Positions 47,946 to 58,285 of a stretch of 64,000 nucleotides of DNA are shown piece after piece. Location: assembly GCA_036517475.1 (NCBI GenBank), contig DATDVZ010000010.1:15338-79337 (forward strand), written 5' to 3'. The stretch's first letter is position 1. Each line of letters starts with the position of its first letter. A program made the position numbers and the translations under genes. The DNA is from Minisyncoccota bacterium. Lineage in GTDB: Bacteria > Patescibacteriota > Minisyncoccia > Phycocordibacterales > Zambryskibacteraceae. The notes under the pieces are model-generated. The model saw only the letters and a list, made by a program, of their open reading frames with translations. It did not search any database and was not told where the DNA came from.

Positions 47946-49770
47946 CACAATGGGAATATTTGATTTTTTAAAAAAGAAAAAAAGTGAAAATTCATTAGCG
48001 AGTATATCTATTCTGCCCCATGAAATTTATGAGGCAAATACTCTTGATTTAAAGGATATTATCGCTCCCAGCGCCCTTAAGGTCGGGCCAAAGGATATTA
48101 ACCTCGGCGAAAAGATAATGCGCTCTTTCTTTGTTATTTCCTATCCTTCTTCTTTGGGAGAAAGCTGGTTTGCGCCGATAATAAATTTGGACAGAGTTTT
48201 TGATGTTGCTATATTCGTCCACCCTATTGAAACTTCAAAAATTCTCAAGAAATTTCAAAAAAAAGTCGCAGAAGTCCAGAGTCAGATCCATGAAAGAGAA
48301 GAGAAGGGGCTTGTGCGCGATCCCATGCTTGATATTGCCTACCAAGACCTGGAAAATCTGCGGGATCAGCTGCAGCAAGCGCAAGAAAAACTATTTGACG
48401 TAGGATTATATATTTCAATTTACGCTGATAACGAAAATGAGCTGGATAAAATTGAATCTGAAATTAAGTCCATTCTTGAGTCCAAACTTGTCTATATCAA
48501 GCCGGCTCTTTTCCAGCAACAAGAAGCATTTAAAAGCATCCTGCCTATGGGAGATGATATTATTGCGGTAAATTCAAAACTTAACTCCTCCCCGCTTTCA
48601 TCACTTTTCCCTTTTATATCATTTGATCTTTCTACCGAGGAGGGAATTCTTTATGGCATTAACAGACATAACTCATCTCTTGTACTTTTTGACCGTTTTT
48701 CGCTTGAAAATTACAACTCAATAATTTTTGCAAAATCCGGTGCCGGCAAAAGCTATGCCACCAAGCTTGAAATCCTAAGGACACTAATGTTTGATACGGA
48801 AGTCATAGTAATTGACCCGGAAAGAGAATATGAATTCATGGCTGACGCCATCGGCGGAAGATATTTTAAAATTTCTCTGACCTCCGAACACCACATCAAC
48901 CCTTTTGATCTTCCGCCACCCGGACCGGATGAATCATTCGCCAATATTTTGCGCTCCAATATTATTAATCTTGTCGGACTCTTCCGCCTGATGATGGGGG
49001 GTCTCAGCGCCGAGGAAGATGCAATAATTGACAGGGCAATTACTGAAACTTACGCTCTCAAAGACATAACACCAGATTCGGATTTTACAAATATTGAACC
49101 TCCGCTTCTTACTGACTTTGAGCTAGTTCTATCTGGAATGGAGGGCGGAGCATCTTTGGCCCAGCGTCTTACAAAATACACAAAGGGTACGTGGGCCGGG
49201 TTTATAAACCGGCCGACAAATGTGGATATAAACAAGAAATTTGTTGTTTTTTCTTTGCGTGACATGGAAGACGAACTCAAGCCCATTGCAATGTATATCG
49301 TCACTCATTACATCTGGAGTGCTGTTAGAAAAGAACTTAAAAAAAGGCTTTTGGTTATTGACGAAGCTTGGTGGATGATGAAATCGGAAGATACCGCCTC
49401 ATTTGTGCTCAATATTGCAAAAAGGGGTAGAAAATATTTCTTAGGTCTTGCCACAATAACGCAGGATGTGGACGATTTCCTTGCCTCTCCCTACGGCACT
49501 CCTATCATTACCAATTCCTCAATTCAACTGCTCTTGAAACAGTCTCCGACAGCCATTGACCGCCTTCAGGGGGTTTTTAATCTGACTGATGAAGAAAAAT
49601 ATCTTTTACTTGAATCAAATGTTGGGGAAGGAATATTTTTTGCCGGGCTAAAGCACGTGGCGATAAAAATCGTTGCCTCTTATACCGAAGATCAGATTAT
49701 AACTTCCGATCCTGCCCAGATATTGGCAATACAAAAAGCAAAACAAGAACTCGAATCTGCTTCCGCGTAA
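47941..49770 (+). CDS. VirB4-like ATPase
   Basis: FAKSGAGKS Walker A, VIDPEREY, INPFDL, IDEAW Walker B, KRGRKY, TQDV.DF. Confidence 0.9.
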   Translation: MTTMGIFDFLKKKKSENSLASISILPHEIYEANTLDLKDIIAPSALKVGPKDINLGEKIMRSFFVISYPSSLGESWFAPIINLDRVFDVAIFVHPIETSKILKKFQKKVAEVQSQIHEREEKGLVRDPMLDIAYQDLENLRDQLQQAQEKLFDVGLYISIYADNENELDKIESEIKSILESKLVYIKPALFQQQEAFKSILPMGDDIIAVNSKLNSSPLSSLFPFISFDLSTEEGILYGINRHNSSLVLFDRFSLENYNSIIFAKSGAGKSYATKLEILRTLMFDTEVIVIDPEREYEFMADAIGGRYFKISLTSEHHINPFDLPPPGPDESFANILRSNIINLVGLFRLMMGGLSAEEDAIIDRAITETYALKDITPDSDFTNIEPPLLTDFELVLSGMEGGASLAQRLTKYTKGTWAGFINRPTNVDINKKFVVFSLRDMEDELKPIAMYIVTHYIWSAVRKELKKRLLVIDEAWWMMKSEDTASFVLNIAKRGRKYFLGLATITQDVDDFLASPYGTPIITNSSIQLLLKQSPTAIDRLQGVFNLTDEEKYLLLESNVGEGIFFAGLKHVAIKIVASYTEDQIITSDPAQILAIQKAKQELESASA

Positions 49771-49807
49771 TTTTTAATTTCAAATTAAAAATTATATAAT
49801 CAATTAA

Positions 49808-50536
49808 ATGAACCTTGATTCAGATATAAATGAAAATATAGGGAGAGGCCACTCTGCTCTCATCAGAAGTCCGGAAATTGACAGGCAGAGGGCAGAACAG
49901 AAAAAGCGCGCCGGACAAGTTCTTCAGAGTGCCGGTAAAGTCCTATCAAAAACGGGGGAAGGAGCAATAGTGGGAGTTCCAATGCAAGTTGCAGGAACAA
50001 TTTTAAGAAATAGAAACAATAAACAAAGAACGGGGGACGAGGAACAAGAAACAATTGGAACAACAGTGCCAAGTATTACAAGTGAATTTTCAAAGGATTC
50101 TAAAATTGTAAACGAATCGGCACAAAGATCGGAAAAAAGAAATAGAGTGACATTAACAACTACATATCTAATGTTTGGAACGGCTCTCTTTTTTGATTCC
50201 CTGCAATTTGTATTCAGTTTTGTGCCATTTCTTGGCTGGATATTGTCGGGCATCGTTGGTATTTTTGCCTGGTTAACTTTCTATACATGGACCTCAATAA
50301 AGGGCTGGGGCTGGTCAGATACTGTCAAAAAGATTGCAATTAATTGGGCATTGCCTTTGGTAGAAGTTTTTCCCATTATTAACGGCCTGCCACTGTGGAC
50401 ATTGCGAGTAGCAATACAAATTGCAATTATTAAAGCAGAAGATGTCCTATACAACAGTACTCAAGGAAAGGTGGATGTAAAAAATATACTCAATTTCAAA
50501 AGCAAGTATGGGGCAATCTTGAAACCTAGAACATAG
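49808..50536 (+). CDS. Membrane protein of the T4SS-like locus
   Basis: ALFFD.LQ...; E..P.IN.LP.WT motif; 3-4 TM segments. Confidence 0.7.
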   Translation: MNLDSDINENIGRGHSALIRSPEIDRQRAEQKKRAGQVLQSAGKVLSKTGEGAIVGVPMQVAGTILRNRNNKQRTGDEEQETIGTTVPSITSEFSKDSKIVNESAQRSEKRNRVTLTTTYLMFGTALFFDSLQFVFSFVPFLGWILSGIVGIFAWLTFYTWTSIKGWGWSDTVKKIAINWALPLVEVFPIINGLPLWTLRVAIQIAIIKAEDVLYNSTQGKVDVKNILNFKSKYGAILKPRT

Positions 50537-50572
50537 AACATGCTTCATGCTCTATGTTTTATGTTCCATGAT
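50527..50572. repeat. Short CATAGAA array with inverted arm
   Basis: ctagaa catagaa catg cttcatg ctctatg ttttatg ttccatg. Confidence 0.8.
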
Positions 50573-50592
50573 CAACAGGTTATAATTAAAAT

Positions 50593-51582
50593 ATGAGAAA
50601 AATTTTACTTCTTCTGACTGCATTTTTTTTAGTTAATGTCGGGATTATCTTTGCACAGATCAATATCAGCGACATTATCCCCAGTTTCAGTATAAAAATT
50701 TTTCCGGAAATCCCTGTTTCCGGAGACAAAATCAATATTTCAGTTGACAGTTTCTCGGGAATCAATATTGATTCTGCCTCCATTCGTTGGAGTATTAACA
50801 GCAAAATAGTTAAAGAGGGTGTTGGAGAAAAAAATTTCTCCTTTCAGGTAGGAGAATCAGGAAGTGAGACGGAGATCAGAGTGGATATCAACCCTCAAAA
50901 AGGACTGCCTTTTTCAAAAACAATTATTATTCGCCCTTCCGAAATTGATCTAGTATGGGAGGCAGATACATCAGTCCCCCTCCTTTACAGTGGAAAATCG
51001 CTTTTTTCCAGAGAAAGTCTCCTTAGATTTGAAGCTATTCCACATTTTGTTAGAAGAGATAAGACAGAAATCCCAAAAGAATCTTTAATTTATGAATGGA
51101 GAGCAAATAACAAGCTTTACCCAAATTCTTCAGGATATGGAAAAAACTTCTTTTCAATTTCCGGATCGCAATTTGAACAGGTTGAAACAATTGAGGTCAC
51201 GGCTCGTTCAACAGATGGGGGGTTTATTGCAAAGAAATTCGTAACAGTTGAACCTGTTTCTCCGGAAGTTTTAATTTATGAGAACAATCCGCTTCAGGGA
51301 ATACTTTATAATAGAGATGTCGGCTCACAATACAAGCTTTCAAATCAGGAAATCACCTTTAGAGCCGCCCCTTATTATTTTTCCACAAAGGATATCTTCT
51401 CATTTACATTTGACTGGCTTATAAACGGAGCAAAAGTAAGTGCTCCAGAAAAAGACGAGATGACATTAAGAGTGGAAGATGACTCTGCCGGATCATCACG
51501 AATATCAATTCAGGTCAAAAATCCAAAAAAAATTTTCCAGAATTCTAAAAAGGAATTCCTAATAAATTATGGCAATAACTAA
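50593..51582 (+). CDS. Secreted Ig-like repeat protein
   Basis: Signal peptide; DL.WEADT.VP..Y.GK; repeated W..N beta motifs. Confidence 0.75.
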   Translation: MRKILLLLTAFFLVNVGIIFAQINISDIIPSFSIKIFPEIPVSGDKINISVDSFSGINIDSASIRWSINSKIVKEGVGEKNFSFQVGESGSETEIRVDINPQKGLPFSKTIIIRPSEIDLVWEADTSVPLLYSGKSLFSRESLLRFEAIPHFVRRDKTEIPKESLIYEWRANNKLYPNSSGYGKNFFSISGSQFEQVETIEVTARSTDGGFIAKKFVTVEPVSPEVLIYENNPLQGILYNRDVGSQYKLSNQEITFRAAPYYFSTKDIFSFTFDWLINGAKVSAPEKDEMTLRVEDDSAGSSRISIQVKNPKKIFQNSKKEFLINYGNN

Positions 51583-52708
51583 CTCACAACTTACAACCAA
51601 CAACCGACAACCAAAATTGCTTTTGATTTTATTTTTATTTCTCTTCCTTTTTCCTTTTTCCTTTGTCAGCGCTGAAATACCACAGTCTGCCAGAGGTAAG
51701 CAATGTTTTGTTTTTGGATATGGCGGAGCAGCAAGTCTTTTCCCCTGTGAAAATCCACCAGCACAAGTGGTCGGCAGAGACTGTGTTGTTTGTGGTAACC
51801 CATCAAATGGTCAGTGTCCAACGCCAATTTCTACAACAAACGGAGGTGGGACAACATTCATATGCGAAGTAGGAACTGCTACTCCACCACCAAACAATCC
51901 TCCACCAACAAGTCTAGGATATATTCCATTGGCCCCACTTCCAGGTGATACACCAGGTCAACCTATAAAAGTTACTGACTATATTCCGAAGGTTTTTAGA
52001 CTTGCCATTGCTGTAGCAGGAGCACTGGCAGTAATTATGATTACAATCGGCGGAATTGAATACATTACTTCCGAAACTATTAACGGCAAAAAGGACGGCA
52101 AAGAAAAAATAACAAACGCTCTGGTTGGACTTCTTTTGGCAATCGGTTCCTGGATTATTTTAAATACGATTGCTCCCGACAGATTCACCCAATTTGATTT
52201 GAGTACGATAAGAACACCGCCACAAATTACAACCGCAACAACCACACCACCATCGCCTGGAAGCTGGCCGAGTGATCAGGGCGTCAGACAAAGGCTTGGG
52301 CTTAGCGGAATATCCATTAATAATAGTAACTGCACTTATATTGGACAGGTCGGATGCACTAGCGTCTATGGATTGAGAGAGAATATTATAAGTGGTCTTG
52401 AGCAGTTAGTGCGGGATTGTTTCGGCCAGTGCAATATCGTAATAACCGGCGGCACTGAATGGTGGCTGCACGGTAACAGAATTGATATCAATTCTACCCA
52501 GCATCGACCAGGTGGAAATGCTGTTGATTTGTCAAAAAATGATTCAGTATTAAATAACTTCATCATGCGTTTCCCGAAGATAGGTTCAGCAACTGGCGGA
52601 AACGGCTGCGCTACAGGCCAAGGATACAATGTTGGCGGAAAAATTTATGTTGATGAGATAAGTTCAGGGGCAAGCACCGGTCCTCATTGGCATATATGTT
52701 TTCCATAA
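51569..52708 (+). CDS. VirB2/TrbC-like pilin domain fused to a putative M15-type Zn peptidase domain
   Basis: LAV.MI.IGG.EYITS......GKEKI.NA..GLLL...SW.IL.TI.P; C-terminal ITGGTE...H..G.AVD...HWH. Confidence 0.72.
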   Translation: MAITNSQLTTNNRQPKLLLILFLFLFLFPFSFVSAEIPQSARGKQCFVFGYGGAASLFPCENPPAQVVGRDCVVCGNPSNGQCPTPISTTNGGGTTFICEVGTATPPPNNPPPTSLGYIPLAPLPGDTPGQPIKVTDYIPKVFRLAIAVAGALAVIMITIGGIEYITSETINGKKDGKEKITNALVGLLLAIGSWIILNTIAPDRFTQFDLSTIRTPPQITTATTTPPSPGSWPSDQGVRQRLGLSGISINNSNCTYIGQVGCTSVYGLRENIISGLEQLVRDCFGQCNIVITGGTEWWLHGNRIDINSTQHRPGGNAVDLSKNDSVLNNFIMRFPKIGSATGGNGCATGQGYNVGGKIYVDEISSGASTGPHWHICFP

Positions 52709-52710
52709 AA

Positions 52711-53976
52711 ATGAAAATATTTAAAAACAAAAAAAATATTTACATCAGTTTAGGTATTGTCGCAATTCTTATAATCGTATTTGCCTCATTTTTTATTTTT
52801 TCTGGAAAATCAACTCCCTCTCAAAATCAAATAGACACCAATGCACCCTTTGGCACAGGAGGAGGTGATACTTCTTTTCCCACTGAAGTTAGTGGCGAGG
52901 GTTTTGAAAACACATCGCCAGTAAATCCACCAACAGGCTTGTCTATGTGGAAAATCTCTGAAATTCCAGTTACAGGAGCGGGGATTTTTGGTACAGGAAC
53001 CAGCACAACTATAAAGTTTGTTGAGAAAGCTACGGGACATGTGTACAAATACGATCCTGTTTCTGGAGTTAAAGAAAGAATTTCAAACACAACTATCCCA
53101 AAAACTTCAAAAATTGTCTGGGGAAAGGGCGGTGATTCTTTATTATTTCAATATGAAGAAAACGGCTCTATTAAAACCTATTACGCCCAAATTGCCACAA
53201 GCTCTGCCACCTCAACCCCTTCTGGGGATCAGGGATTAGTTAATGGATTTTTCTTTGAAGATAATATTAATAATTTAGTCACTTCGCCCAGTGGAAACAA
53301 AATTTTTTACACGCTTTCCGGAGGAAGCATTTTTAACTTCATAATTTCAGAATTTAATGGATCCAAACCTCTGAAAATCTATTCATCACGGCTTAAGGGG
53401 TGGCAAAATTCATTCCCGAATGAAAATTCTGTGTCAATTACTTCTAGTCCTTCATATGCGGCAGAAGGATACTCATATCTTATAAATTTAAAAAGTGGGT
53501 TGGTAGAAAAAACTATCGGCGGCAAAATTGGATTAACAACCCTTTATTCAAGCAGTACAAAGGGTGTTTTATATTCAAAGAGTGTGAACAATAGTTTCAC
53601 ATCATTTCTACTCAACAGGGAAAATAAAATCGATTTAGAAACAAACATATCAACCCTTCCGGAGAAATGTGTTTGGGGAGAAAAAAATTCTTCATTTATT
53701 TACTGCGGTGTTCCTAAAAATATCCCGGCTGGCACTTACCCCGATGATTGGTATAAAGGCAAGATATCGTTCTCCGATAATGTTTGGATCTATGATACTA
53801 ATACCAGTGCAACAGAATCAGTTATTGATCCGTTGAAAAGCGTTGGAGAGGATATTGACATGGTTGAACCGAAGTTGAGCAAAGATGAAACACTGCTAAT
53901 AATCAGAAACAAAAAAGATTCCTCTCTCTGGGCGCTGAAGCTTGATCCAAAGAGAATTATTGAGTATGTGGATTAG
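52711..53976 (+). CDS. Membrane-anchored beta-propeller-like protein
   Basis: N-terminal TM; E..TGHVY, RISNTTIP, TLPEKCVW, YCGVP, PDDWYKG..SFSD. Confidence 0.75.
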   Translation: MKIFKNKKNIYISLGIVAILIIVFASFFIFSGKSTPSQNQIDTNAPFGTGGGDTSFPTEVSGEGFENTSPVNPPTGLSMWKISEIPVTGAGIFGTGTSTTIKFVEKATGHVYKYDPVSGVKERISNTTIPKTSKIVWGKGGDSLLFQYEENGSIKTYYAQIATSSATSTPSGDQGLVNGFFFEDNINNLVTSPSGNKIFYTLSGGSIFNFIISEFNGSKPLKIYSSRLKGWQNSFPNENSVSITSSPSYAAEGYSYLINLKSGLVEKTIGGKIGLTTLYSSSTKGVLYSKSVNNSFTSFLLNRENKIDLETNISTLPEKCVWGEKNSSFIYCGVPKNIPAGTYPDDWYKGKISFSDNVWIYDTNTSATESVIDPLKSVGEDIDMVEPKLSKDETLLIIRNKKDSSLWALKLDPKRIIEYVD

Positions 53977-54078
53977 TTAAAAATATAAAAATCAAAATAA
54001 AAGTAATGGTAGTTATTTAGACACTAGGTTTTGTTAACAATTTTGAATTTTATAAATCGTAAATTTTAAATCTTAAGT

Positions 54079-54792
54079 CTACACTTTGAATTTTCTTCTG
54101 ATGAGTTTTTCCTGCACTAACGTAAAAATATTGCTTGTAAACCAATATAGAGCCACCACTCCTGAAATACTATAGGAAATAAAAAGGACAATCACAGGAA
54201 AAAAATATCTCATTTGGATATTCATACTTCTGGCCAGATCACTCTGAAAACTGCGTTTGCCGTCTGTGGATATTGGCGGGGCGGAAACCCGCATCTGGAA
54301 AAAGCTCGATACACCAGCAGCAATAGCAAGTATCCAGCTCTTGCCAGTGATATCAATAAATCCGAGAAAGTTCATGTTAATTTTTTCTGGCAAAGGAATA
54401 AATGAATATTTAAGTGTCTCATCAACAGCCGGTAGACCAGATTTTAAAAATATAAAATAGAGAGCAAAAATTATCGGAAGTTGTATGAGAATGGGTAAAA
54501 TACTTCCAAAGGGGCTGACTTTTTTATTTTTATACAATTCCCATGTTCTCTTAGCTTGTTCCTGCTTGTCAGTTTTATATTTTTCTCTAATTTTGGTGAG
54601 CTCAGGCTCAATCTTTTTCATTTCAATTCCTGCAACTGTAGCTTTGCGTGATAAGGGAAAAAGTATGAATTTCACAATAAGAGTAAAGAATATGATAGCG
54701 AAACCAGCATCCAACCAAGGAAAAGTATGTATAAAGAGAATAAGGCCATTATATAGAGGCTGATAGAAGACATCATGGAAAATAGATTTCAT
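54079..54792 (-). CDS. yidC: Membrane protein insertase YidC (short form)
   Basis: YQPLYN.L, LIQLPI..ALY, LYW..SN.F...QE. Confidence 0.93.
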   Translation of the reverse strand: MKSIFHDVFYQPLYNGLILFIHTFPWLDAGFAIIFFTLIVKFILFPLSRKATVAGIEMKKIEPELTKIREKYKTDKQEQAKRTWELYKNKKVSPFGSILPILIQLPIIFALYFIFLKSGLPAVDETLKYSFIPLPEKINMNFLGFIDITGKSWILAIAAGVSSFFQMRVSAPPISTDGKRSFQSDLARSMNIQMRYFFPVIVLFISYSISGVVALYWFTSNIFTLVQEKLIRRKFKV

Positions 54793-54872
54793 CCTTTGTT
54801 GAAAAATGGTACCACTCTTATGAGCCTTGCCACTTTATTTAATAATATTTCCCCATTGAAATATTAGTAATA

Positions 54873-55202
54873 TTATATCAGACCGCTTTTGCTAAGAAGA
54901 CTCTCTATATCATCATACAAATCTTCTTTAGATATATTACCCAACCTGGATTTAAAATAAAATGCTAACAAAAAACCATCGGTGATTTTTTTCAGAAAAC
55001 TTTTTATCTGCCCGTAACCCCTTCTTCTGAGACGGTTGCGGTCAGCTGCATTCTTTGCAACTTTTTTTGAAACAATAAAAGTAACTTTTGAATTTCCACT
55101 GGCGCGAGACACTTTCAATGACAAAAAATTCCCGCTGAAAGTTTTTCCACGTGACAAAAGATCGAAATCACTTCTCTTTATCCTTCTGTTCTTTGGAAGC
55201 AT
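54873..55202 (-). CDS. rnpA: Ribonuclease P protein component
   Basis: MLPKNRR, VSKKVAK.A..RNRLRRR. Confidence 0.92.
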   Translation of the reverse strand: MLPKNRRIKRSDFDLLSRGKTFSGNFLSLKVSRASGNSKVTFIVSKKVAKNAADRNRLRRRGYGQIKSFLKKITDGFLLAFYFKSRLGNISKEDLYDDIESLLSKSGLI

Positions 55203-55251
55203 AAATAAACCATTTGTATTTAAATGTATTTAAAAGTTTTAAATCTGGAAA

Positions 55252-55386
55252 TTAAACAGAAATTAACTTTCTGCCTTTTTGCCTTCGTCTCTTTAGTGTT
55301 CGTCGTCCGCCTGAGGATTTTTTTCTTTTAATAAACCCGTGAGCTCGGCTTCTTTTTCTTTTTTTTGGTTGATATGTACGAGACAT
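55252..55386 (-). CDS. rpmH: 50S ribosomal protein L34 (44 aa, absent from the ORF track)
   Basis: [44 protein letters not shown]. Confidence 0.95.
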   Translation of the reverse strand: MSRTYQPKKRKRSRAHGFIKRKKSSGGRRTLKRRRQKGRKLISV

Positions 55387-55624
55387 AGAACTAACATAAT
55401 AACAAACAACTTATAACTTACAACTAGTAACTGAATTTCTTAAAAAAGTTTGCTTATTTGCCTAAATTTTTATTGATAAAAATTCAAACAGGTCAAGTTA
55501 TGATGTCCACTTTTTTTCCACTGTTTATCAACATAAAACATGCTTTTTTTCAAGTTTTTTAATATTTGGAGAAGTATATACTACGGGTACTATAACCCTG
55601 TTAATTTCATTCTTTTACTAAAAC

Positions 55625-56974
55625 ATGCCAGATCACAAAGAACTATGGAACTCCGTCCTGGTAGAAATGGAATTAAGTGTTTCCAAACCCAACTTTAACA
55701 CCTGGTTTAAAGACACCAATATCGTCCGACATGACGATAACACGGTTTATCTGGCTGTTCCTAACGCTTTTGTGAAAGAGTGGCTCCATAATAAATACCA
55801 CAACACAATATTGCGCCATATCCGTTCCATTGTGCCCTCCGTCCATTCAGTGGAATACATTATTACAAGGGAAGATGGTAAAAAAACCGAAACAAGGAGG
55901 GAAGAGATGTTGATTGCGCCCGTCCAAGAACTTCCTCTAAGCGATTATTACATCAACAAGGAGGATAATCTGAACCCCAGATACACATTTGAAAGTTTTA
56001 TAGTGGGTCCGTTCAATGAATTGGCACACGCTGCTTCCCAAGCTGTAATAAAAAAGCCGGGATTAACATATAACCCTCTTTTCATTTACGGAAATACGGG
56101 TCATGGCAAAACTCACCTCATACAGGCAGTTGGAAACCATATTAAAAACTTGTATAAGGATAAAAAAGTGATCTATGTTACCTCCGAAAAATTCGCTTCT
56201 GATGTGATAGGTGGAATTCAGAGCGGAAAAATTGCCCAAATCAAAGAAAAGTACAGAAAATATGATGTTTTAATCATGGATGACATCCAGTTTCTCTCCA
56301 GAACGGAAAAGACTCAGGAGGAGCTATTTCACCTCTTCAATACTCTTTTTGACAACAACAAACAAATTGTATTTTCTTCTGACAAACACCCCAATCTCAT
56401 ACCGGGAATAGAGGACCGCCTTAAAGGTAGATTTTCTGCAGGAATGACTGTAGATATTCCCGCCCCAGATCAGGATTCGCGAGCGGCAATAATAAAAGCC
56501 AAAACAACACAGAATAATTTCTCGCTTTCACAGGAAGTAATTGATTTTCTTGCTTTAAGTATTATTGGAAATATACGTGATCTGGAGGGGGTAATTAATC
56601 TCATAATCTGCCAGTCCCAACTTAAAGGTAGGGAACTCAGCCTCAATGAGGTCAAAAACACCATAAAGGCAAGCGCCAAACCAAAGAAGTCAGTGTCCAT
56701 TAAGGAGGTTGTTAAAATGGTCGCAGATTACTATAGAATCGAGGAAAACAACATTTACGAAAAAACCAGAAGAAAGGAAATAATAAAACCAAGACAAGTT
56801 GCTATGTATATATTAAGGGAGGATTTTAATATTTCTTACCCATCGATTGGACAGAAGTTGGGTGGTAGGGATCATACAACCGTAATTCACTCTTGTGAAA
56901 AAATCAAATCAGAAGTAAAAGATGATCAGATGCTGGCTCAAGAGATTGCACAACTACGTTCAATGATTGTTTAA
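55625..56974 (+). CDS. dnaA: Chromosomal replication initiator DnaA
   Basis: LNPRYTFESF, YNPLFIYG..G.GKTHL, DDIQF, QEELFHLFN, GGRDHTTV.H. Confidence 0.97.
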   Translation: MPDHKELWNSVLVEMELSVSKPNFNTWFKDTNIVRHDDNTVYLAVPNAFVKEWLHNKYHNTILRHIRSIVPSVHSVEYIITREDGKKTETRREEMLIAPVQELPLSDYYINKEDNLNPRYTFESFIVGPFNELAHAASQAVIKKPGLTYNPLFIYGNTGHGKTHLIQAVGNHIKNLYKDKKVIYVTSEKFASDVIGGIQSGKIAQIKEKYRKYDVLIMDDIQFLSRTEKTQEELFHLFNTLFDNNKQIVFSSDKHPNLIPGIEDRLKGRFSAGMTVDIPAPDQDSRAAIIKAKTTQNNFSLSQEVIDFLALSIIGNIRDLEGVINLIICQSQLKGRELSLNEVKNTIKASAKPKKSVSIKEVVKMVADYYRIEENNIYEKTRRKEIIKPRQVAMYILREDFNISYPSIGQKLGGRDHTTVIHSCEKIKSEVKDDQMLAQEIAQLRSMIV

Positions 56975-57184
56975 AAGGTGTTGAATATTAAACTGATACT
57001 CTGTTGAAAATTACTAACAAAAAACCGATTTTAAAAATCAATGGGAAATTATTAACAATCAAAATTAATAGTAAACAGTTTATTAGTTTTGGTGGTGTTT
57101 GAATTGTGTTGTTATAAAACAATAAATATCATTTATCCACAAATCCACACAACTAAAAGTAGTAATAGTATTTATTTATAGAAA
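56975..57184. promoter_or_regulatory. dnaA-dnaN intergenic region with DnaA boxes (conventional oriC candidate)
   Basis: TTATCCACA at 57133-57141, AAATCCACA directly after, several degenerate boxes; AT-rich. Confidence 0.55.
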
Positions 57185-58282
57185 ATGCATATTGAAACTA
57201 TAAAAGAAAAGTTACTTGATGCGGTATATAAAGCGGAAAAAATTACCGGTAGAAATATGGCCTTACAAATACTTTCAAATCTTGCAATTGAGGTATCTGG
57301 TTCTCAATTTAAAATAAAAGCTACAAATTTAGATCTTGGTTTGGAAATAATTGTGCCAGTTAAAGTAAAATCTCCCGGTAAAATCACAGTTTCTGCATTA
57401 ATACTTTCAAATTTTTTAGCAAACCTTCCAGTTGAGACAAAAATTGATATTCAAAGCAAGGAAAATGATGTTTTTATTCATACATCAAAAACCTCAACAA
57501 AAATTAAAAACCAGAATTTTTCCGATTTCCCCCTAATTCCAAAACTTGAAGGAAAGAAGTTTAAAATCGAGGCAAACTCAATTGTGAAAGGTTTAAAATC
57601 TGTTGTTTTCTCTGCTGCAACCTCATCAATAAAACCCGAGCTCTCAAGTATTAATATTTACCATGATGGTGAAAGTTTGGTTTTTGTTGCGACAGACTCA
57701 TTCCGACTCGCTGAAAAAAGAATCAAGACTACAAAAGCCAAGGAAATTAGCCAAATTTTAATACCTTTTAAAAATACCACTGATATTATTAGAATATTAG
57801 AGTCTGTTAATGGTGAATTAGATTTAACAATTTCCCAGAATCAAATATCGTTTAAAACTGATGAAATCTATCTGGTTTCAAGAGTTATTGAAGGGAATTT
57901 TCCAGATTATAAACAAATAATACCAAAAGAGACTAAAACTGAGGTTACTCTTTTGAAAGCTGACCTTCTTTCCGCACTTAAATTATCAAACGTTTTTTCT
58001 GACAGTTTCAATCAGGTTGTACTGAAAGTGATCCCAGATGAAAAATTATTTGAACTTACTACTAAAAATTCAGATGTTGGGGAAAATCACTATACACTTG
58101 ATTCTGTAATGAAAGGTGATGAAATTACTCTCGGTTTTAACCATAAATACATCGCCGACTGCCTTAACTCAATTGATTCTGACAGTATAACTCTTTCATT
58201 TGTTGGTCCGGGCAAACCCGTAATGATCAAGGGTGTTTCAGATAAGTCATTTTTATATATAGTAATGCCAATGAATAGATGA
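57185..58282 (+). CDS. dnaN: DNA polymerase III beta clamp
   Basis: ATNLDL, ATDSFRLAE, SR.IEG.FPDY.QIIP, Y.VMPM. Confidence 0.96.
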   Translation: MHIETIKEKLLDAVYKAEKITGRNMALQILSNLAIEVSGSQFKIKATNLDLGLEIIVPVKVKSPGKITVSALILSNFLANLPVETKIDIQSKENDVFIHTSKTSTKIKNQNFSDFPLIPKLEGKKFKIEANSIVKGLKSVVFSAATSSIKPELSSINIYHDGESLVFVATDSFRLAEKRIKTTKAKEISQILIPFKNTTDIIRILESVNGELDLTISQNQISFKTDEIYLVSRVIEGNFPDYKQIIPKETKTEVTLLKADLLSALKLSNVFSDSFNQVVLKVIPDEKLFELTTKNSDVGENHYTLDSVMKGDEITLGFNHKYIADCLNSIDSDSITLSFVGPGKPVMIKGVSDKSFLYIVMPMNR

Positions 58283-58285
58283 GTG

